A stretch of 64,000 nt of DNA from Abditibacteriaceae bacterium (GCA_965277285.1 OZ255721.1:2656001-2720000), one strand, 5' to 3'; shown: positions 1 through 10,107, counted from the first letter of the stretch. A program made the numbers and translations. Notes: generated by a model not told the origin, from the letters alone.

Positions 1-1005
1 GACCAGATTGGTGCCGCAACGCGGATGAGGACGCGGCATTTTGCCGACGATTTCGGGGCGCAAAGGCAAGCCTTTTTCAATCGCCCACACCGTTTGATGT
101 TCCGCCGCATGAATGCCCGACATCGGAATAGCGCGCAAAAACAGCAAAAACAACAACGATTGAACCGCCGCCGCCACCAGATTAAACGTATTGTTGCCCG
201 TCACCGCGTCGCTCAATTGGCCGGATGCGAAAAGGTTCGCCCACTGCGGTTTCCAGATCGCCAGCGCGACTAAAATTGTCGCTTGCGAAGCGAATTGGCA
301 CAACGCCAGAACCGCGCCCGACAACACCAAACCCAGATTGGGCGCGCCGCCATTGAGCGTTCCCGTCGTGAGCCAGACACCCAGCGGCGTTGCCATGCCG
401 CCGACAACCGGAGGCCGAGTTTGCTCGCCCAGCGCCGCCACCACATCAGCGCGCGAAATCATGCCTTGATAACCTGCCACGCCGTCAATGACCGGCAACG
501 CGTTCACCTGGTAGCGGTCGAGCGCAACGAGCGCATTTTCCAGCGAAAACACAGCCGGAACAAAGCCCATATCGCGCCGCATCATATCGCGCGCCTTCAA
601 TTCTTTGACGGCCTGCGGGATTTCGCGCGCGGCGGTTTCTTCGTCCAAAGCGGGACGCGGCGCGCCATTCGAGTACTCGAAGTGCCCATTCAGCGCGCCG
701 TTCGAGTGTCCGTTGGTTGTGCCGTTGGAAAACGCGCTTGGCGTGAAACCATTGGCGTAAACGGCGGCGCGTGGCGCATTCTGGCGGCGCAAAACTTCCA
801 AAACCGCGCCCGACAAATCGCGTTCATCAACTAAACCCAGCAACGACGCGTGGCGCAATTCGGCGATTGAAGTCGCGTCGCTGTCGAAAACGGGAATCGT
901 GCTGACGTGCGATTCGCGCAAGTTTTCGGCGACAAGACCCAGCGTGTCGTCGGGGCGCGCGGTCGGCGTTTCGCGCGCAAGTTGTCCGGCTCGCAAAAAA
1001 GACAT
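1..1005 (-). CDS. CBS-domain pair fused to DUF1385-like membrane domain (runs off left edge)
   Basis: Own translation, absent from ORF track: MSFLRAGQLARETPTARPDDTLGLVAENL...ARDMMRRDVGFV...NALPVID...GMISRADVV (CBS-like), then hydrophobic segments and HAAEHQ...HPRCGTN typical of DUF1385. Confidence 0.7.
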   Translation of the reverse strand, partial: MSFLRAGQLARETPTARPDDTLGLVAENLRESHVSTIPVFDSDATSIAELRHASLLGLVDERDLSGAVLEVLRRQNAPRAAVYANGFTPSAFSNGTTNGHSNGALNGHFEYSNGAPRPALDEETAAREIPQAVKELKARDMMRRDMGFVPAVFSLENALVALDRYQVNALPVIDGVAGYQGMISRADVVAALGEQTRPPVVGGMATPLGVWLTTGTLNGGAPNLGLVLSGAVLALCQFASQATILVALAIWKPQWANLFASGQLSDAVTGNNTFNLVAAAVQSLLFLLFLRAIPMSGIHAAEHQTVWAIEKGLPLRPEIVGKMPRPHPRCGTNLV

Positions 1006-1182
1006 GAGGAAAACTTCAGAAACTTCGGGGAAGGCGTTACAAGAAATTGAAAAACGCGCCGCGAGACTGCGGGCGCGCTCAAGGGAATTATATCGCAAGT
1101 CGAGTCGAGTTTTTCAACCTCATTTACCGTAAACGCGGCTAAAATGCGCTGTCTCGAAAATGAAACGTCATAAACGGCACGT

Positions 1183-1530
1183 TTAGGGTTTTATGTCCTC
1201 GTGTTCCTGCCGTCGAAACTCATCAAGCAACTCAAAGAACGTCGCTAATGCTTGGGTTTCATCGCCGTTGCATTGTTCCAAGATAACATCACCCTGGATA
1301 TTTGAAGGCAGATTATAATGCTTCAAAATCCACTTATTGAACCTTCCATCACCCCAAAGCTGATTTTTGCAAGGAATATCGTTATCATCCATCGCTCTTT
1401 GATAACCATCGAGAAACCACCAAAGCTTGGTCAGCGATTTCTCACCCAAATACATTGCAGGTCGCTGTTGAATTTTGTCCAGCATTTTATAAAAGTCAAA
1501 AACGCCATCGATTTGGAATTCTTCGGTCAT
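1183..1530 (-). CDS. small hypothetical protein, paralog of 1527-1898
   Basis: 115 aa with QRPAMYLG motif; ATGA overlap with upstream paralog. Confidence 0.75.
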   Translation of the reverse strand: MTEEFQIDGVFDFYKMLDKIQQRPAMYLGEKSLTKLWWFLDGYQRAMDDNDIPCKNQLWGDGRFNKWILKHYNLPSNIQGDVILEQCNGDETQALATFFELLDEFRRQEHEDIKP

Positions 1531-1898
1531 GGTTTCTCAATAGATTTTTCGCCAGTGGCGCTTTCTTGTTGACGAAACAGTTCAACCAGTTCAAGGAACA
1601 TATTCAATGCTTTGGCTTCCTCAACGTTGCACTGCTTGAGAATGTTGTTCGCCCAACCATTGCAGTTATACGGCAAATCGAGATGCTTGCGAATCCAATT
1701 GTCGAACGGGATGTTGTTCCAAGGCCCAACTTCGCGGTAAGCGATTTTATTATCAAGCAGCGCCGAACGATAACCATTCAAATAATGCCACAAGCTGCTC
1801 AGCGACAAAGTTCCAACGTACAAGCCAGGACGTTGACGAATGACGTTCAACATCTTGTAAATGTCAAATTCGCCATCGGTTTGGAATTCTTTGTTCAT
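1527..1898 (-). CDS. small hypothetical protein, paralog of 1183-1530
   Basis: 123 aa with QRPGLYVG motif; ATGA overlap with serS stop. Confidence 0.75.
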   Translation of the reverse strand: MNKEFQTDGEFDIYKMLNVIRQRPGLYVGTLSLSSLWHYLNGYRSALLDNKIAYREVGPWNNIPFDNWIRKHLDLPYNCNGWANNILKQCNVEEAKALNMFLELVELFRQQESATGEKSIEKP

Positions 1899-3193
1899 CG
1901 CTTTTCCAAGAATTCTTGGCCACCTAAATACGGGCGCAACGCATTCGGAATGAGTACTCGATTGTCGGCGGTCTGGTTGTTTTCCAGAATTGCGGCCATC
2001 GTGCGCCCGACCGCCAAACCGCTGCCGTTCAACGTATGAACGTATTCCGGTTTTCCAGCTTTGCCGTTTTCGTCAATTGGACGATAGCGAATGTTGGAGC
2101 GGCGCGCCTGGAACGCCTCGAAGTTGGAGCAGCTCGAAATCTCGCGGTAGGTTTTTTGGTGCGGCAGCCACACTTCGACATCATACGCTTTGGTTGCCTT
2201 GAAACCCAGATCGCCCGCGCAATGTTCGACCGTGCGAAATGGCAGTTCCAGCAATTCGAGTACTCGTTCGGCGTTTTTGGTCAAAGATTCCAACTCGTCG
2301 TAACTTGTTTCGGGCGCGACGAACTTGACCATTTCGACTTTGTTGAACTGATGCACGCGAATGATGCCGCGCGTGTCGCGTCCGGCGCTTCCAGCTTCGC
2401 TGCGAAAACACGCGGAATACGCCGCATATTTGATCGGCAATTGCGACGCTTCCAAAATCTCGTCGGCGTGAAAGTGCGTGACGGGAACTTCAGCGGTCGG
2501 AATCAGCCAAAGGTCGTCGCGCTCGACGTGATAAGCGTCGTCGCCGAACTTGGGCAAAACTCCGGCGCCGATCATCGCTTCGGGACGCACCAAAAACGGC
2601 GGCAACATTTCTTCGTAACCGTGTTGTTGCGTGTGCAAATCGAGCATGAACGCAATTAGGGCGCGTTCCAAACGGGCGCCATCGCCGCGCAAAACATAAA
2701 AGCGCGAGCCGCTGATTTTCGCGCCACGTTCAAAATCGAGAATACCCAGACTTTCGCCGATTTCCCAATGCGGTTTCGGCTCGAAATCGAAGCGAGGAAT
2801 CTTGCCCCATTTGCGAACTTCAACGTTTTCGTCTTCAGTCGCGCCAAGAGGCACATCAGGCGCGTGAAAGTTTGGCACTTCGAGCAGCGCCGCGTTCATT
2901 TGCTCTTCGGTGGTGCGCGCCAGATCATCCAAAACGCTGATGCGTTCGCCCAGAGTGCGCGTTTGCGCGATCAGTTCGTCGGCGCTTTCGCCGCTTTTCT
3001 TGAGTTTGGCGACTTGTTGCGAAGCGTCGTTGCGCTCTTTTTTGAGAGCTTCGACTTCAACTAAAGTTGCGCGTCGCGTGGTATCGAGTTCGAGTACTCG
3101 ATTGACCAGAGTCGCGCCATCGCTGACGCCTTTGTGGTTCAAGTGGGAAACGACGAGTTCGGTGTTGCTGCGAAGAAATTTAAGGTCAAGCAT
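1895..3193 (-). CDS. serS: serine--tRNA ligase
   Basis: MLDLKFLR start, [43 protein letters not shown]. Confidence 0.98.
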   Translation of the reverse strand: MLDLKFLRSNTELVVSHLNHKGVSDGATLVNRVLELDTTRRATLVEVEALKKERNDASQQVAKLKKSGESADELIAQTRTLGERISVLDDLARTTEEQMNAALLEVPNFHAPDVPLGATEDENVEVRKWGKIPRFDFEPKPHWEIGESLGILDFERGAKISGSRFYVLRGDGARLERALIAFMLDLHTQQHGYEEMLPPFLVRPEAMIGAGVLPKFGDDAYHVERDDLWLIPTAEVPVTHFHADEILEASQLPIKYAAYSACFRSEAGSAGRDTRGIIRVHQFNKVEMVKFVAPETSYDELESLTKNAERVLELLELPFRTVEHCAGDLGFKATKAYDVEVWLPHQKTYREISSCSNFEAFQARRSNIRYRPIDENGKAGKPEYVHTLNGSGLAVGRTMAAILENNQTADNRVLIPNALRPYLGGQEFLEKR

Positions 3194-3364
3194 CGGGGAT
3201 ATTTTAACAAAGGATGAAATATGAGGGATGAAGGATGAAAAAGCCGAACTTAAACGACATATTTATAGTTTCGAGTACTCAATTTCATCCTTTTTCTCTT
3301 GGCCTTTGCTTTGCGCACATAACGGCGCCGCAAAACTGTCGTTCAAGGTTATCAAGGGAAAATA

Positions 3365-3832
3365 ATGAACAAAGAAACCATGATTCGCATGATCGGAGCC
3401 GGACGCGACCAGGTTCTACGAACCGCGCAAGCTGTGCCCGACGACAAACTGAACTGGAAACCGCTGGATAACGGGCGCAGCGTTCTCGATTTGCTGGGCG
3501 ATGCCGCGCAAACGCCAACGTTCGCCACGCAAATGCTGACCAATCCCGACTTCAAACCTTCGCGCGAAGCCTTCGCTCAAATGGCGCAGGAACGTGCGAA
3601 TTGGACGCGCGAAGAAACTGTCGAAAAGCTGAACAAAAACACCGAGGAAGTGATTGCAGCGATTGGCAACACCAGCGAAGAAGAACTGAACAAGATGGTG
3701 ACGTTGCCGATGGGCGGCGGCATGACACTTCCCACGTCCGCCTGGGTGATGATGACTTATCGCACCTTCATCTCGCGCATGGCGCAAATCAACTACATCC
3801 AAACGCTGTACGGCGATTTTGAATCGCACTGA
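3365..3832 (+). CDS. DinB-like family protein
   Basis: AVPDDKLNWKP..GRSV pattern and terminal QINYI helix resemble DinB/YfiT four-helix proteins. Confidence 0.65.
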   Translation: MNKETMIRMIGAGRDQVLRTAQAVPDDKLNWKPLDNGRSVLDLLGDAAQTPTFATQMLTNPDFKPSREAFAQMAQERANWTREETVEKLNKNTEEVIAAIGNTSEEELNKMVTLPMGGGMTLPTSAWVMMTYRTFISRMAQINYIQTLYGDFESH

Positions 3833-3853
3833 TTTCGTGAAAGGAGAAAGATC

Positions 3854-4063
3854 ATGCTGAACAACAATTCGTACAACATCGTGACGGCGCTCAGTGAAAA
3901 ATCGGAAGCGATCACGATTTACGACGACTTCATCGAAGACGCCGAAGAAGCCGAAAGCCCCGAATGCGCCGAACTGTGGCAGCAAATCCGCGAAGACGAA
4001 GAACGCCACGTCGAAATGCTCAAAGAACACCTGGAGATGCTGGTCAAAAACGGCAAGTTCTAA
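3854..4063 (+). CDS. small ferritin-like/rubrerythrin-like protein
   Basis: RBS AAGGAG; YDDFIEDA...C.ELW..I.EDEERH motif. Confidence 0.7.
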   Translation: MLNNNSYNIVTALSEKSEAITIYDDFIEDAEEAESPECAELWQQIREDEERHVEMLKEHLEMLVKNGKF

Positions 4064-4079
4064 AATCAAGCGATGCAAT

Positions 4080-4122
4080 AAAAAGCGAACGAGTACTCAA
4101 ATCGAGTACTCGTTCGCTTTTT
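4080..4122. terminator. bidirectional intrinsic terminator built from two GAGTACTC cores
   Basis: aaaagcgaacgagtactc-aaatc-gagtactcgttcgctttt between convergent genes. Confidence 0.75.
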
Positions 4123-4128
4123 GTTTCG

Positions 4129-4596
4129 TCAATCAAGATAAGGCGAGACGTATGTTTCAGAATCAATTTCCAATTTGCCCTTTCCGCAATCGGGACAACA
4201 AATTGGCTTCGCTGTTAGTATAAATGAATGTTCCGTCAGAGATTCCTCTACCCAATCGAGACGTTTTTCAACGTTGAACGCACTGTTTTTAATGTATTCC
4301 AATGCTTCTCTTCCTTCTTCATCCACTTTGTCAAGAAAAGGTTCAACATACGATGGCTCGTTCTTTTGCCAAGTCATTCTGAAGACGTTTTTCTCTGCCA
4401 AGCCCGCTATTTCGGGATAGTTTTTGTAGAGCCTTTTAACTTTGAGTAACATACGCTGTTCTTCTTTCAAAGCCGAATAGAGATGCACGGCGCGAAGTAG
4501 ATCATAATCTTCTTGAGACAAAATGCTGACAGGGAAGGATCTTCCGCAGCCGTTGCATTTTATTGGCTCGTTATGAGAATTGAAGTCATCAAGCAT
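4129..4596 (-). CDS. hypothetical protein with two CxxC motifs
   Basis: 155 aa AT-rich ORF, CNGCG and CPDCG. Confidence 0.65.
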   Translation of the reverse strand: MLDDFNSHNEPIKCNGCGRSFPVSILSQEDYDLLRAVHLYSALKEEQRMLLKVKRLYKNYPEIAGLAEKNVFRMTWQKNEPSYVEPFLDKVDEEGREALEYIKNSAFNVEKRLDWVEESLTEHSFILTAKPICCPDCGKGKLEIDSETYVSPYLD

Positions 4597-4639
4597 GGTT
4601 TCTCAACCGCAGGTCCTTAATCGAGTACTCGATTCGCCT

Positions 4640-5167
4640 TTATCGACGCTTATTCTCTTCAACTTCGCGTTCCTCTCGTGCGGCCTGAGAACGAAACGAA
4701 GAAGCGATGAGGTTGCTCATTACGCGGCGCACGTCTTCGTCTTCGATGCTGGCCGTCAATTCTTCGGCGTGGCGCGCTGCAGCGTCATCTTTGACAGCGG
4801 GAACGCCACGCGGCAAAGGCGCGGCTTCGGGAAATGTCGGGTCTTCCCAGTTCGGCTTGAGCGCGCCGACTTTGATGCCACGCGGCGGCGTCACCGAACA
4901 ACGAATTTTTTGTACGATGTTCTGGCGCAAGCGACCATTCATACGCGTCACGATGCGCGCTTCCTGAAAGTGCAACTCCTGCGTCCATTGCGACGAGCGA
5001 GCGCGCACATACAACGTGCCGTTCTTGAACTTTTCGGCAATCGTGTGGCGCGCGATATTTTCGCCGACAACATCCGGCCAAATCTCGACCGTCATTTGCT
5101 CGAGAACCTTGCCGCGCCAGCCGCGCGCATCCAAAACTCCATTGACTATGTTGGCTACGTTTTCCAC
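4640..5167 (-). CDS. dciA: DciA/DUF721 family protein
   Basis: WPDVVGENIARHT...GTLYV...SQWTQEL motif; downstream of recF. Confidence 0.85.
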   Translation of the reverse strand: MENVANIVNGVLDARGWRGKVLEQMTVEIWPDVVGENIARHTIAEKFKNGTLYVRARSSQWTQELHFQEARIVTRMNGRLRQNIVQKIRCSVTPPRGIKVGALKPNWEDPTFPEAAPLPRGVPAVKDDAAARHAEELTASIEDEDVRRVMSNLIASSFRSQAAREEREVEENKRR

Positions 5168-5270
5168 AGCGATTATTTTAGCGTTGTCAAGCCGTCAGAA
5201 CGAAATTCTTTTCGGCTCTTCACGCTCCCATCGAGTACTCGACACAAGATTATTTCGTCCAAAACCGACT

Positions 5271-5324
5271 TTTCCCCAACTTTGCACAAAAGTTATCCAC
5301 AGGTAGGGAAAAGTATGTGGATAA
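5271..5324. promoter_or_regulatory. DnaA-box pair upstream of dciA
   Basis: Perfect TTATCCACA 5293-5301 and TGTGGATAA 5316-5324, plus degenerate boxes. Confidence 0.75.
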
Positions 5325-5382
5325 CTTATTAAAAGTGGTGTGTCAAGGTGATGGAGAGTTAGTAAAGCGCAATTAAAAGCCT

Positions 5383-5847
5383 TTAATCCCACATGATTTG
5401 CAAAACTTTACAGCCTTCTTTAAGCTCTGCCGCTATGTTCGGTGTGCCATGTGCAAAACCTTCGCACGGCCCATCGGCCTTGAGAATATTATTCCAATTT
5501 TCGACCTTAGATTTGTTGGCTGAAGTCAGAATGTAAATGCTTTCGACATAAGGCCATTTCTCGTCAATCTCTTCGGCTTCTTCGATTTCGTAGATTTCAA
5601 CTAATACATCTTGAACATCAGGCTGAGAACGAATTTGGTGTAGTGTGTCAAAGAAGAAATTCAAGCCTGGATGTGGCTCAAGATTGCACGCGATGGAATA
5701 TTGGTCGGTGTTGCCAGTGAAAAAATCTTCCAGGGAAACCAAAGGCAAAGCTGCTTTGTGCCGCCAATCAGGAGCTACGAAACCTTGAGCTTTAATTTTC
5801 TCCATCAAAGCAATTTTATGTTGGTTCATAGTTTCACAACTCAACAT
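5383..5847 (-). CDS. hypothetical protein
   Basis: 154 aa AT-rich ORF, start overlaps recF stop; ends WD. Confidence 0.65.
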   Translation of the reverse strand: MLSCETMNQHKIALMEKIKAQGFVAPDWRHKAALPLVSLEDFFTGNTDQYSIACNLEPHPGLNFFFDTLHQIRSQPDVQDVLVEIYEIEEAEEIDEKWPYVESIYILTSANKSKVENWNNILKADGPCEGFAHGTPNIAAELKEGCKVLQIMWD

Positions 5848-7028
5848 TAACTCGTTTCCACGCGCCCATTTTCCACGCGAAAAACTTGCGGCGCCGTGTC
5901 TTCCAGGAGTTTCAAATCGGTGGCGGTGAGGACGCTTTGTGCGAAGCCTTGCGCTTGCTCTAAAAGTCGCTTGCGGCGCGTCGAATCAAGTTCGGACAGC
6001 GCGTCGTCGAGAAGCAAAATCGGCGGCTCTTGCGTGACGATTTCGACCCAGCGCGCCAGAGCGACTTTCAAAGCTAAAACCGCCAAACGTTGTTGACCTT
6101 GCGAGCCGAAGCGCCGCAAATCCATTTCGTCCAGACGGAAAACGAGATCGTCGCGGTGCGGGCCGGAAAGCGTTGTGCCGCGACGCAAATCGTTATCGTG
6201 ATTGCGCTCCAGGCTTTGCGAAAACAACATTCCCCAATTGTCGGCGTTCTCTTCGCCGCGCAAATTAACGCCGACGCCGGTCGAGTACTCGATTGTGAGA
6301 ACTTCGTCGCGTCCGCTGAGTTCGCTGTGAGTTGTCGCTAAAATTGGCGCCAGTTCAGAAAGAAATGTCGCGCGTTGCGCCAAAATGCGCGCGCCGTAAG
6401 TGATGACTTGCTTGTTCCATTCGCCCAAAGTTCCCAAACCTTCCGCCGCGTTTCCAATCGGACTGCGGCCACGAAAACGGCTTTCGCTGAGATGTTTAAG
6501 AAGCGCGTTGCGTTGTTGCAAAGCGCGCTTGTAACGTGCGCTGTCGGCGAAGTGCGCCGGACGACTTTTGCCCAGTTCGAGGTTGAGAAAGCGGCGCCGT
6601 TGGTCGGGTTCGCCCGCGATAATGGTCAAATCGTGTGGGAAAAACGCCACGATTTGCAATTGTCCCAGCCAGTTGAGAATTTGAGACTGTGGAACGCCGC
6701 CGACGCGCAAATCGCGTGTGACTGTGGCGCGCGGGTTTTCGGGATTTTCGACGCGCCAGCCTAATTCGAGTACTCGATTCTGCTGACGATTGCCCGCTGC
6801 GAGTTCGACTTCGGCGGAAAGCCTTGTCTCGCGCTCGTTCCAGCGCATCAGTTCGCGGTCGCGCTCGACAAGCGGCGATTTCGTTGTCGCCAAAACGCAA
6901 AGCGCTTCGAGAAGATTGGTTTTGCCTTGTCCGTTATCGCCCGTCAGCGCAACCAGGCCTGAAGGAAAAATGATTTCCTGCGCCGCGTAATTGCGAAAAT
7001 TGCGCAGGCGCAGCGTGCGAACGATCAT
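5847..7028 (-). CDS. recF: DNA replication/repair protein RecF
   Basis: LRNFRNY, Walker A GDNGQGKT, GPHRDD, SQGQQR, LLLDDALSELD. Confidence 0.97.
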   Translation of the reverse strand: MIVRTLRLRNFRNYAAQEIIFPSGLVALTGDNGQGKTNLLEALCVLATTKSPLVERDRELMRWNERETRLSAEVELAAGNRQQNRVLELGWRVENPENPRATVTRDLRVGGVPQSQILNWLGQLQIVAFFPHDLTIIAGEPDQRRRFLNLELGKSRPAHFADSARYKRALQQRNALLKHLSESRFRGRSPIGNAAEGLGTLGEWNKQVITYGARILAQRATFLSELAPILATTHSELSGRDEVLTIEYSTGVGVNLRGEENADNWGMLFSQSLERNHDNDLRRGTTLSGPHRDDLVFRLDEMDLRRFGSQGQQRLAVLALKVALARWVEIVTQEPPILLLDDALSELDSTRRKRLLEQAQGFAQSVLTATDLKLLEDTAPQVFRVENGRVETS

Positions 7029-7052
7029 TGGAAAGGTGAAATGTGAGAAGAA

Positions 7053-7505
7053 TCAACGAGCGGGCGCAATGTTTGTCGAGGCCTGCATTTGCGCTAAAGA
7101 TTTCCGCGCCGAACTTCCGAAATCTTTATCATTGACCATCTTTTTGAGTATTTCGATAGCTTCGGCTTTGTTTCCGGTTTTCCTCAAACAACTGCTCAAC
7201 ATCAGCCACGCGCCGCTGTTTTCCGGCTGAAGGCGCACGGTTTCGCGGAAATACTTGATGGCGTCAGGCCAATTGCGGCCTTTGTTGGTTCGACTGTGCA
7301 TCGCGGCCCAAGCCAAACCTTCATCCGCCGCCGCATCGTTTGGATTTTCCTGCAATGCAACGCGCGCCGCCTGCGGATGACTCGTATATTGGTCGACTTG
7401 CTCGATGTAGCGCGCCTTGTTGGCAATCGGAACGACCGATCAATAAGCGACAAAGCACGCCACGATCAACCAAAAACCAAGACCGAAAAACACGGTGTTT
7501 TTCAT
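7053..7505 (-). pseudogene. membrane-anchored TPR protein interrupted by an in-frame TGA
   Basis: ATG at 7505 gives MKNTVFFGLGFWLIVACFVAY*SVVPIANK..., in frame with TPR-like ORF 7053-7355; TGA at 7440-7442. Confidence 0.6.
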
Positions 7506-7533
7506 AAGGGCGAGGAATCGAGTACTCGATCCG

Positions 7534-8634
7534 TCAGGCTTGCATCGGCATTACGACGTAGAGAAAATCGCTCTGGCCTTGAGCGCGCAAAATGCCCGGA
7601 TTGAGCGCGCCGGTGAGTTCCAGCGTCGCTTGTTCCGTGTGCAAAATGTTCAAGACATCGACCAGATAGCGCGTGTTGAAGGCAATCGTCAGGTTTTCGC
7701 CGTCCATCGAAATCGGCACTTCTTCATACGCTTTGCCGACTTCGGAACTTTCCGCTGTCATTTCCAGCAAGTCGCCTTTGGTCGTCAAAATCGCTTTTTC
7801 GCTGTTATTTTTCGCTACGATAAAAACGCGGCGCGCGGCGCTCAAAAACTCGTTGCGGTTAAAAACGATTTTGCGGTCAACGCCCTTGGGAATGACTTTT
7901 TCGTAGTTGGGAAACTGGCCATCGAGTACGCGACTGACGAGCGTCACATCAGCGGTTTCAAACTGCACCTGAGATTGGCCGAAACGGATGTGAATGGTTT
8001 CTTCCACCGTGTCTTTCAGCACGCGCTCCAGTTCGGCCAAAGGCTTGGCGGGAATAATTTGCGAAACTGGCGTCGAAACTTCTTCGCTCAACGTCGTTTG
8101 CTTCCATGCCAAACGATGCGTATCGGTTGCGACTAAAGTCAATTTATTGCCGCGCGCTTCGAACAAAACGCCCATCAAAATACTGCGTGTTTCTTCTTTG
8201 CTGGCCGCGAAAGTCGTCAAGCGCAGCATATCTTTCAAGACCGATTGCGGCAGCGTGATGTCGATGCCTTCTTTGACTTCGGGCACGACTGGAAAATCTT
8301 CGGCTGGCAAACTCAAAATTGTGTAATCGCTTTTGCCGCTGCGCACTTTGACCTTACCGTCCTGCAATTCGAGCGTGACAGGCGCGTCCGGCAGCTTGGA
8401 AACCACGTCGCCCAACACGCCCGCAGGAACCGCGACCGCGCCGTTTTCGGAGATTTGTGCGGGAATCACACAGCGAATTGCGGTATCGAGATCGGTCGCG
8501 GTCAGTTTGAGGCGGTCGTCTTCGGTTTCCAGCAGGACGTTGCTCAAAATCGGCAAGGTGTTGCGCGAAGAAACCGCGCGCCCTGCAACTCCCAAAGCAT
8601 TCGCCAAGTATCCGCGCTCGCAAGTGACTTTCAT
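7534..8634 (-). CDS. dnaN: DNA polymerase III beta clamp
   Basis: PILSNVL, LTATDLD, LVATDTHRL, GQFPNY, VVMPM; start MKVTCE. Confidence 0.98.
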   Translation of the reverse strand: MKVTCERGYLANALGVAGRAVSSRNTLPILSNVLLETEDDRLKLTATDLDTAIRCVIPAQISENGAVAVPAGVLGDVVSKLPDAPVTLELQDGKVKVRSGKSDYTILSLPAEDFPVVPEVKEGIDITLPQSVLKDMLRLTTFAASKEETRSILMGVLFEARGNKLTLVATDTHRLAWKQTTLSEEVSTPVSQIIPAKPLAELERVLKDTVEETIHIRFGQSQVQFETADVTLVSRVLDGQFPNYEKVIPKGVDRKIVFNRNEFLSAARRVFIVAKNNSEKAILTTKGDLLEMTAESSEVGKAYEEVPISMDGENLTIAFNTRYLVDVLNILHTEQATLELTGALNPGILRAQGQSDFLYVVMPMQA

Positions 8635-8785
8635 TTTTCGCTGCTCTCCGTTGCGACTAACCGTGTGACCGTTTGGTGAAATCGAGTACTCGATTCGAGG
8701 CGCCAAACTTTCGTGTCGCATGATTTTAACACGGGCCGCGAAAATTTGCACGAGCGATTTTCAGCCGATGTTTTCACCGTTGGAA

Positions 8786-8995
8786 TCACCATTCCGAACA
8801 CGTCACCAGATAGCCGCAGCCTATGGTTCGGCAAAACAGCTTGCATTTTTGCGCTTCCAACGCCTTGCCGCAGTTGGGACACCACAGACCACTTTGCGGC
8901 GCATCGCCAATTATCGCTTTCTCCTCGATTCGAGTACTCGTTTGGTCGGGTAGGGGAGTGCTGTTGAGTGAGTTTTCTAAAGTGTTCATTTTCAT
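8786..8995 (-). CDS. small CPxCG-type zinc-finger protein
   Basis: CPNCG...CKLFC...CGY..TCSEW. Confidence 0.6.
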   Translation of the reverse strand: MKMNTLENSLNSTPLPDQTSTRIEEKAIIGDAPQSGLWCPNCGKALEAQKCKLFCRTIGCGYLVTCSEW

Positions 8996-9029
8996 CTCTG
9001 TTTTTGAATGGTTTTCGATGTCTTTTTTG

Positions 9030-9295
9030 AGTTATCCCCAGGCGTTTGAAAAACGAGAGAGTGCTGTACTTAATTTATATATTAAATACTTATTATTATT
9101 AGGCCTATGGATAAAGGGATAACTTTTCAAAAAACCCGTTTCGCCCATATTCTATAAGACTCTTTTCTTAAAAAAGTTATCCACACCCCTGTGGATAAGT
9201 ACCCCCACTTTTCCCTGTTATCCATATTGACACAAAGTTTTGCGGAGTTGTAACTATCAATCCATAGGTTTATCCCCAACCCGATAGGGATAACT
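9030..9295. other. oriC: DnaA-box cluster with AT-rich unwinding element
   Basis: TTATCCACA 9177-9185, TGTGGATAA 9190-9198 and several 1-mismatch boxes (9032, 9106, 9218, 9270); AT-rich 9070-9101 ending TATTATTATTAGGCC-TATGGATAA (DnaA-trio-like layout); upstream of dnaN. Confidence 0.85.
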
Positions 9296-9425
9296 TCTGC
9301 TTGGTCGTAACAAGCAAGCAGAAACAGCATAAATCGAGTACTCGAACGTGGTTTGATAGCTCATCAAAGTGCCTCGTTGAAATTGCGTTATAATTTGAGG
9401 CGACAGTTTTGTTCCCGAGTTTTTT

Positions 9426-9956
9426 ATGCAAAAGTGGCGGCGTGGTTTCTGGGTTGTGATGTCTCTGGTGGCGATGAGCGCGTTGTTTGCGCCATTGGCT
9501 GCCGTCGCTGCGGCGTGTCCGATGATGAATGGCGCGGTGGGTTTGTGCGAGATGAGCGCACGGGATGCGACATCGCAGCCGCTTTGTGCCGAATGCCAGA
9601 AAACTGCTAAAGCCGACTGCGACGATTGTGCGGGACATCATCAATCGTCGGGTTCAAAGTCTGATCCGGCGCCGAGCGTGACGCAAATTGTGAAGTCTGC
9701 GCCATTTGGTCAATTTGTCGCTCATCGAGTACTCGATCACGGTTGCCGGTGCGATGTTCAACCGGCTTCGCCTTATCTTCAAGCCGCCACAGAAACGCCG
9801 TCTCACGCGCCCAATTTGTGGGTTTTGATGCCGGTGCGTAGTGCGTCGCTGGTTTTGCCGCCTGTGCTTCAGCGCGGTTTTTTGCCGCTCAGTCACGCTC
9901 CGCCCCGAAGTTTTTCTGTTCTTCCTCGCGCCTCGCGCGCGCCTCCCGTATCGTAA
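9426..9956 (+). CDS. Cys-rich exported leader protein with C-terminal RAPP motif (DUF2946/CutF/CruR-like)
   Basis: Signal-like N-terminus, CxxC motifs, Pro-rich tail ending SRAPPVS*. Confidence 0.7.
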   Translation: MQKWRRGFWVVMSLVAMSALFAPLAAVAAACPMMNGAVGLCEMSARDATSQPLCAECQKTAKADCDDCAGHHQSSGSKSDPAPSVTQIVKSAPFGQFVAHRVLDHGCRCDVQPASPYLQAATETPSHAPNLWVLMPVRSASLVLPPVLQRGFLPLSHAPPRSFSVLPRASRAPPVS

Positions 9957-10107
9957 TTCCAGGTTGAAGTCGTTCGCTTTCTTTGCAACGTCTTTCGCCT
10001 TCGCCTTTGGCCTTCGCAACTTTTTCGCGCGGGCTGTTTTTACGCGTTCGTGGTGTCTCCTTTAAGAGATTTCGACGAACGCCGGACAACAACGGCAAGG
10101 AATTACG

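Noticed and set aside
7440..7442. Genome-wide TGA recoding
   Set aside because: TGA terminates many clear genes (serS, gmk, fabF, alr) and RF2 is intact
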